From: Paramicrosporidium saccamoebae KSL3
Taxonomy: Eukaryota; Fungi; Cryptomycota
Length of the DNA stretch: 17,264 bases
Assembly (NCBI GenBank): GCA_002794465.1
Contig: MTSL01000132.1
Coordinates: forward strand, 1-17,264
Direction of reading: 5' to 3'
A program made the translations under genes and the position numbers. Shown piece by piece: positions 15,487 through 17,264 of the stretch. The notes below the pieces were generated by a model. It did no database searches, was not told where the DNA came from, and saw nothing but the letters and a program-made list of their open reading frames with translations. Numbering within the stretch: position 1 is the stretch's first letter; each line of letters starts with the position of its first letter.

Positions 15487-16535
15487 ATGACACTTCAAAT
15501 ATCCCAGACTTCCAATTACATTCTGTCAATAATTGCCACAAATGACTCTGCACTGCATTCAGAGGCAATTACAAAGGTCATAGAATGGTGTGAGGCTCAA
15601 AACATTCGTCCGTCTGAAAGAAAGAGGACCCACAATGTTTTTGTTGCGGGCATCTGCCTTTGCGGAGATTACGAACAGCAATTTTTGGACTCTCTGAAAA
15701 CCTCCAAGCCTTTCTGGCAAGACACTTTTCAGTGCAATGTCAACTGCTGCTCTGCGAAAGTCTGTGACTGGTGGATGTCAGAGGATTCGAAAGAAAAATG
15801 TCTTTTCATGTTTGACCTTGATTCAACCCTTATCCAGATGGAAACTATTGATGAGATGGCCCGTCTCGCGGGAAAATATGATCAAGTTGCCGTAATGAAT
15901 CTTTCCCAAACTAATTTAACAGGAGATTACTCGAGAGGCCATGGAGGGGCGGATTAGCTTTGTCGAGGCATTTAAGCAGAGAGTCCAGCTGCTCAAAGGG
16001 CTAGAGGCAGCAAAGACATGGGATGATATCACCAAAAGGATTGCCTTTACCGTAGGCTGTAGAGATCTGGCCACGGAAATTACAGAACGAGGCTGCCATT
16101 CCGCCATAGTATCGGGAGGATTCATGCCCATCGTCGATTACGTCAGGAAAACGCTTAGTTTTGACCACTGTAAGGCAAATGAAATTGAAGTGGTCAATGG
16201 TCGATTTACAGGTGAAATCAACGGTGAAATTGTAGATGGGGCGCGAAAACAAGCCGTGATGAAAAGCTACGCGGCAGCCAAGAGCATCTCGGCTGATTTG
16301 GTATAGGGCCATTGATACTGACCATTTTAGATCGTTGCTGTGGGTGATGGCGCCAACGATATTCCCATGCTAAACACTGCTGCGTATGGGATTGCCTTTA
16401 ATGCCAAACCAATTGTCCAAAGTCAAGTAAGCCTAACTTATTTATTAACCTTAGACCTCTCTACATCTTAATAATCCAGACATTTGGCTAGTTCTGGATA
16501 TTCTTGGAATCCATTGGTCGCCCATTAAATCCTAA
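15487..16535 (+). CDS. serB: Phosphoserine phosphatase (HAD family), 319 aa, 4 exons (15487-15891, 15923-16300, 16331-16426, 16455-16535)
   Basis: Motif I FDLDSTLIQMETIDEMA, then EITREAMEG, motif II VSGGF, motif III Lys, motif IV VGDGAND, GIAFNAKP, and C-terminal NNPDIWLVLDILG; three introns restore the frame. Confidence 0.95.
15892..15922 (+). other. Spliceosomal intron, 31 nt, phase 0 (SerB intron 1)
   Basis: gtaatgaatctttcccaaactaatttaacag; branch-like actaat; joins DQVA to EITREAM. Confidence 0.93.
16301..16330 (+). other. Spliceosomal intron, 30 nt, phase 0 (SerB intron 2)
   Basis: gtatagggccattgatactgaccattttag; branch-like actgac; in-frame TAG at its second codon; joins SADL to IVAVGDGAND. 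Confidence 0.93.
16427..16454 (+). other. Spliceosomal intron, 28 nt, phase 0 (SerB intron 3)
   Basis: gtaagcctaacttatttattaaccttag; joins IVQSQ to TSLHLNNPDI. Confidence 0.85.
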
Positions 16536-16586
16536 ATATAGTAACTTGCCTGGTACAAATAACCTGTCGGATCTTGCCATCCAAAT

Positions 16587-16796
16587 ATGATGCCCACGGC
16601 AAGTATAGCAACAATTGCGAGCCTAGTAGCGCTGCTTCTTTCGCGGGCGGTCGGGGAAAGAGTTGACGGAACACCAAAGTCAGAATCTAATGAGGAACTA
16701 CAGAACAAGGCGGTGGGATATTCGTTCGATGAGAATCTGTTATTGTTCCAGGAGTACCCTATAGCACTGGCCAACTACCCGGTACTGGAAGAATAG
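16587..16796 (+). CDS. Possible small secreted protein (69 aa), unknown function
   Basis: ATG start, signal-like N-terminus MMPTASIATIASLVALLLSRAVG, acidic tail; fits the gap between SerB and the convergent terminal gene. No recognisable homology. Confidence 0.35.
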   Translation: MMPTASIATIASLVALLLSRAVGERVDGTPKSESNEELQNKAVGYSFDENLLLFQEYPIALANYPVLEE

Positions 16797-16923
16797 TCTG
16801 CTTGCTAGTCATAAAAGACATTTATAATTCATGAGCTTGCCTCTGGAGGCAAACACGATAGAATGGATTGGTGCCGCGTCGGGTCGACTATAATAGATTA
16901 ACGTTTTATTAAAACTGACCGAT

Positions 16924-17264
16924 CTAATAGCCACGGAAGAAGGCAGCGACGCTTCTAATGATCCTCATCAATACGGCACCCGGGTTCAAGACGGAGGAGA
17001 AATTGGAATGGGCTCCGTTGGCAGTTTGGCCCGCGAGTTGGTGGTCGGTAGTGGTCGGCACACAGACGGCTCCCTCACAATAGGCTTCCGGAGTGACGAT
17101 GACACCCCTATTCGGAACAACAGTCATTCCAAATGGAAGACAAACGTGCGAGTCTAACATGATAGTAAGACGGTCGATGATCGTCTTCATGCACTCATCG
17201 CTGATCGGTTTATCAGCAGAGGTGAGTTGGATGGAAGGCTTGTGAGGATCGTCAGTGACAGGAA
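16924..17264 (-). CDS. C-terminal part of an unidentified protein entering from the right edge
   Basis: The frame is open from the window end (PVTDDPHKPSIQLTSADKPISDEC-MKTIIDRL...RSVAAFFRGY*) to TAG at 16924, followed by AT-rich sequence with AATAAA on the minus strand. Confidence 0.6.
   Translation of the reverse strand, partial: PVTDDPHKPSIQLTSADKPISDECMKTIIDRLTIMLDSHVCLPFGMTVVPNRGVIVTPEAYCEGAVCVPTTTDHQLAGQTANGAHSNFSSVLNPGAVLMRIIRSVAAFFRGY

Noticed and set aside
1-17264. Autonomous mobile element or prokaryotic/phage system
   Set aside because: No transposase, integrase, RT or operon-like features are recognisable. No target-site duplication was evident at the inverted-repeat ends, and spliceosomal introns and SF1 indicate a nuclear eukaryotic locus.

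Overview
Gene-dense window from a compact eukaryotic genome. It is most consistent with an early-diverging fungus or Rozellomycota/microsporidia-relative; this taxonomy is inferred from 28-36 nt GT-AG introns, intergenic gaps as short as 36-39 nt and retained mitochondrial genes. Recognisable housekeeping genes are a WD40 protein, PIG-S/GPI17, mitochondrial ClpP (3 introns), Zim17/Hep1, WAPL (1 intron), SF1/BBP and the phosphoserine phosphatase SerB (3 introns). The accessory content is an array of at least 8 intronless, signal-peptide-bearing ORFs. Seven encode Thr-rich proteins with beta-strand-like Thr/hydrophobic alternation, two of them with GPI-like tails; the eighth is a 62-aa peptide. 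One member runs off the left edge and is absent from the ORF track. A four-gene housekeeping block (WD40, PIG-S, ClpP, Zim17) splits the array and is bracketed by a degenerate non-coding inverted repeat (core 45/51 identical). Spacers in and beside the array carry several unrelated minisatellites. No CRISPR, rRNA, tRNA or transposase was supported.
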